The notes under the pieces were generated by a model. That model did no database searches, was not told the origin of the DNA, and worked only from the letters and a program-made list of their open reading frames with translations. The position numbers and the translations under genes are program-made. 64,000 nt of DNA from an uncultured Holophagales bacterium (GTDB taxonomy: Bacteria; Acidobacteriota; Thermoanaerobaculia; Multivoradales; UBA5704), in NCBI GenBank assembly GCA_963842525.1, contig CAWJGT010000025.1:32001-96000 (forward strand). The letters run 5' to 3'. Position 1 is the first letter of the stretch. Every line of letters begins with the position of its first letter. Shown here piece after piece: positions 61,783 to 64,000 of this stretch.

Positions 61783-62370
61783 ATGAAGCGCTTCTCTTTT
61801 CTGATGATGGTCCTGCCGTTGACCCTGTCTCTCGGCGGCTGCAGCGAATCTCCGTCGGTCGAACGGGTGCGCTGGGAGATCGAGCGGCGCGTCCCTGAGG
61901 CCCGCTTCGAGCGCGAAGAGCACGTCCGCCTCGGCCGGGTCACCCTCGGCTTCCTCAAGACCCTGGTCCGTATGGTCCCGGGCAAGGTCGATGGGCAGGC
62001 GATGCTGACCAGCGTGGACCGGATCGAAGTCTCCACCTACCGGGTGGAGTCCCTGCCGGAGGACTTCGAGCGCCGGGCGCTGGACGACACCCGTTTCGAA
62101 AAGGATCTCGCCCGCTCCGGCTGGAGCCTCTTCGTCCGCGCGAGGGAGAAGGACAACCAGTCCTTGATGTTCCTTCGCAGTGACCGCAGAGGAGCCTTGC
62201 GCAGCCTCTTCGTGGTGGACCTCGACGGCTCCGAGCTTACCCTCGTGCGCCTCGACGGGCACCTCGACCGCGCCTTCGCCGAAGCCGTGGCCGACGATCC
62301 CGGCCACGTCGTCCGGGCGGTCAGCAAGGAGGGGAAGACCGAGCCGGAGGCCCCAAAGACCGTTCCCTGA
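61783..62370 (+). CDS. DUF4252-like lipoprotein
   Basis: Lipobox LGGC; GWSLFVRARE...LVRLDG. Confidence 0.7.
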   Translation: MKRFSFLMMVLPLTLSLGGCSESPSVERVRWEIERRVPEARFEREEHVRLGRVTLGFLKTLVRMVPGKVDGQAMLTSVDRIEVSTYRVESLPEDFERRALDDTRFEKDLARSGWSLFVRAREKDNQSLMFLRSDRRGALRSLFVVDLDGSELTLVRLDGHLDRAFAEAVADDPGHVVRAVSKEGKTEPEAPKTVP

Positions 62371-62389
62371 CCGGCTCGGCGCAGAGGGC

Positions 62390-62617
62390 TCAGCAATTGG
62401 CGCGGATGCGCGTCTCCCGGAGCAACGAGACAATCTCCTCGGCCGTCAGGCCGAGAGGGATCCCTGGCACGTCCAGGGGTGAGCCCTTGCGGCGTACCGG
62501 CGAGATCTCGAACTCGGTGCCGTCTCGCCGCCTGATGCGGACGGCACCCTTGCGCTGCGCCTCGTCGAGCACGGCGCCCAGCTTCTGCCGGGCCTCCGAA
62601 AACGAGTAGACGTTCAT
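62390..62617 (-). CDS. Phd/YefM-type antitoxin
   Basis: YSFSEARQKLGAVLDEA; SPLDVPG. Confidence 0.78.
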   Translation of the reverse strand: MNVYSFSEARQKLGAVLDEAQRKGAVRIRRRDGTEFEISPVRRKGSPLDVPGIPLGLTAEEIVSLLRETRIRANC

Positions 62618-63057
62618 ATCTCCACCTCCAGGACCTCGACGCCGGCCCGTTCCGCGGCCGCTCGCTGCCCATCGTTCAGCGTCAAGAGGGCCGCCTGGTG
62701 CCGCAGACAGCAGGTGATCGCGTATGCATCGTACGCATAGAGGCCCAGCTCATAGCTGAGCTCGAGCGTCCGGGCCAGGTCGATCTCGCTCAGGTGGATC
62801 GGGATCTCGCGAAAGGCCTCGACAGCCAGCTTCGCCTCGCCTGGAGACAAGCGCCCGCGCTGGAACATCGCGGAGAACGCGTTGCCGAGCTCGGCTGGCA
62901 GGCATGCAGGCGCGAGGAGCTCCGCCTCCTGGGTGATCTGGATTAACGTCGGTCGGTGCGCTTCATGTGTCAGCACCGCCAGGACGGCCGAGGTGTCGAC
63001 GACAATGGGTAATGCGGCGACATCGAGGCAATTGGATAGCTCCAGAGACAGCTTCAT
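62614..63057 (-). CDS. VapC PIN toxin (start uncertain)
   Basis: VVDTSAVLA, ELGNA, YAYDAYAI, LLTLND. Confidence 0.82.
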   Translation of the reverse strand: MKLSLELSNCLDVAALPIVVDTSAVLAVLTHEAHRPTLIQITQEAELLAPACLPAELGNAFSAMFQRGRLSPGEAKLAVEAFREIPIHLSEIDLARTLELSYELGLYAYDAYAITCCLRHQAALLTLNDGQRAAAERAGVEVLEVEI

Positions 63058-63092
63058 CAGGTCTTCTCCCGGTGCGATCGTTGAATGAACGC

Positions 63093-63284
63093 TCATGCGA
63101 TTTCGAGCACCGCCGCCAGGCGCTCGGCCTCCTCTTCGCTCAGGCCCAGGGTAATGCGCAGGTCTTCCGAGCTCGTGCGCCCTCGGGGACTCAGTGCCTC
63201 CGTAGCGGCCAGGATCTGCCGCTGGAGCTCGACCGGGAGCTCCTCCATGCAGTGCAGCCTCGTCTCAACAGTCCTCTCCATCAT
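63093..63284 (-). CDS. Small hypothetical protein (63 aa)
   Basis: Strong RBS AAAGGAGG before the ATG. Confidence 0.5.
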   Translation of the reverse strand: MMERTVETRLHCMEELPVELQRQILAATEALSPRGRTSSEDLRITLGLSEEEAERLAAVLEIA

Positions 63285-63786
63285 GACGTCCTCCTTTCGT
63301 TTGCCCCGGACAGGGACCAAGGAGCGTGCCAGACCGGCTACTCCTGCGTAAGTGATTGGAGCGACGTGAGTTGGTTGATTCCTGCCGGGCGCCGTCGGGA
63401 GCGTCGTGTCCAGCGATCTGGCGGGGGGTAGGCTCGAAAATGCCCTCAAAGCCCCGAAAAACCTGGCCTGGCGGCCGTGTCCAGCGATTCTGCGGGGGTG
63501 CACAATCTTTTGCGGGGCAAGAAGAATGCGGAGAACACAGGGAAATCCGGCAACCGGATCGGGCCAGGGGTCCGTAAGAGCCCCGCTAATCGAGTGAAAC
63601 CTCCCTCAGGGGGGTGTGCCCGGGACCAGCTCAGGCGGCTCGTAGCGGATCAGGGGCGTGGATTCGGCTTTCCCGGAGCTGCGCGCAGGAGATAGGCGGA
63701 CGCCGACGGCGATCCCCCCGGAGCCCGGCGCCTCCCGGTATAGAATCCCCCTCCGGCCCTGTGCCCTTCGACCCGGAGGAGGCCCC

Positions 63787-64000
63787 ATGATCCCTGTCAA
63801 GCCGCATATCGCCGAGAGAGCCTGGATCAAGAGCCTGGACGAATACCGCGCGATGTACCGCCGGTCGGTCGAGGATCCGGAGGGGTTCTGGCGCGAGCAC
63901 TCCCGGATCGTCGACTGGTTCCATGAGCCCCGCAACATCTTGGACGTGGACATGGACGAGGTCGACTTTTCCTGGTTCTCCGGCGGCCGTCTGAACGCCT
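63787..64000 (+). CDS. acs: Acetyl-CoA synthetase, N-terminus (truncated by window edge)
   Basis: Manual translation MIPVKPHIAERAWIKSLDEYRAMYRRSVEDPEGFW...WFSGGRLNA; RBS GGAGGAGG. Confidence 0.88.
   Translation, partial: MIPVKPHIAERAWIKSLDEYRAMYRRSVEDPEGFWREHSRIVDWFHEPRNILDVDMDEVDFSWFSGGRLNA

Overview
High-GC bacterial chromosome segment; the gene content (bshCBA, mglBA, lineage-typical repeat domains) suggests Acidobacteriota/Thermoanaerobaculia, which is an inference. Many genes, including essential glmS and glmU, carry single-base frameshifts, consistent with an error-prone long-read consensus. Recognisable blocks: bacillithiol synthesis; small membrane proteins plus yidD and sspB; an ABC exporter; a membrane pseudokinase; a secreted glycoside hydrolase; a membrane pyrophosphatase; two tandem membrane-anchored MutS-V ATPases; TA loci; an mglB-mglA-TPR-yvcK-glmU-glmS run; a lipid-linked glycosylation cluster with an orphan ectB-like gene; a type III PKS/FAAL cluster; accC/accB-like genes; a Tat-exported LanC-like protein; a type II R-M pair; an ECF sigma/anti-sigma/DUF4252 operon; and the start of acs. 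Three parts are least explained. (1) 30350-33190: a secreted peptide ending in DPNG, a zf-HC2/TPR protein, a 21-bp-period palindromic array, 10-bp-phased repeats, a sigma70 promoter, a long structured leader and a helical orphan protein. (2) Two patchwork zones (33220-35880 and 51850-54480) that share the same two non-coding/transposase-derived elements but enclose different cargo, including near-exact inverted and direct copies of pieces of the neighbouring accC gene. (3) An uncharacterised Fe-S/aminotransferase-linked glycan-modification cluster (35884-44864).
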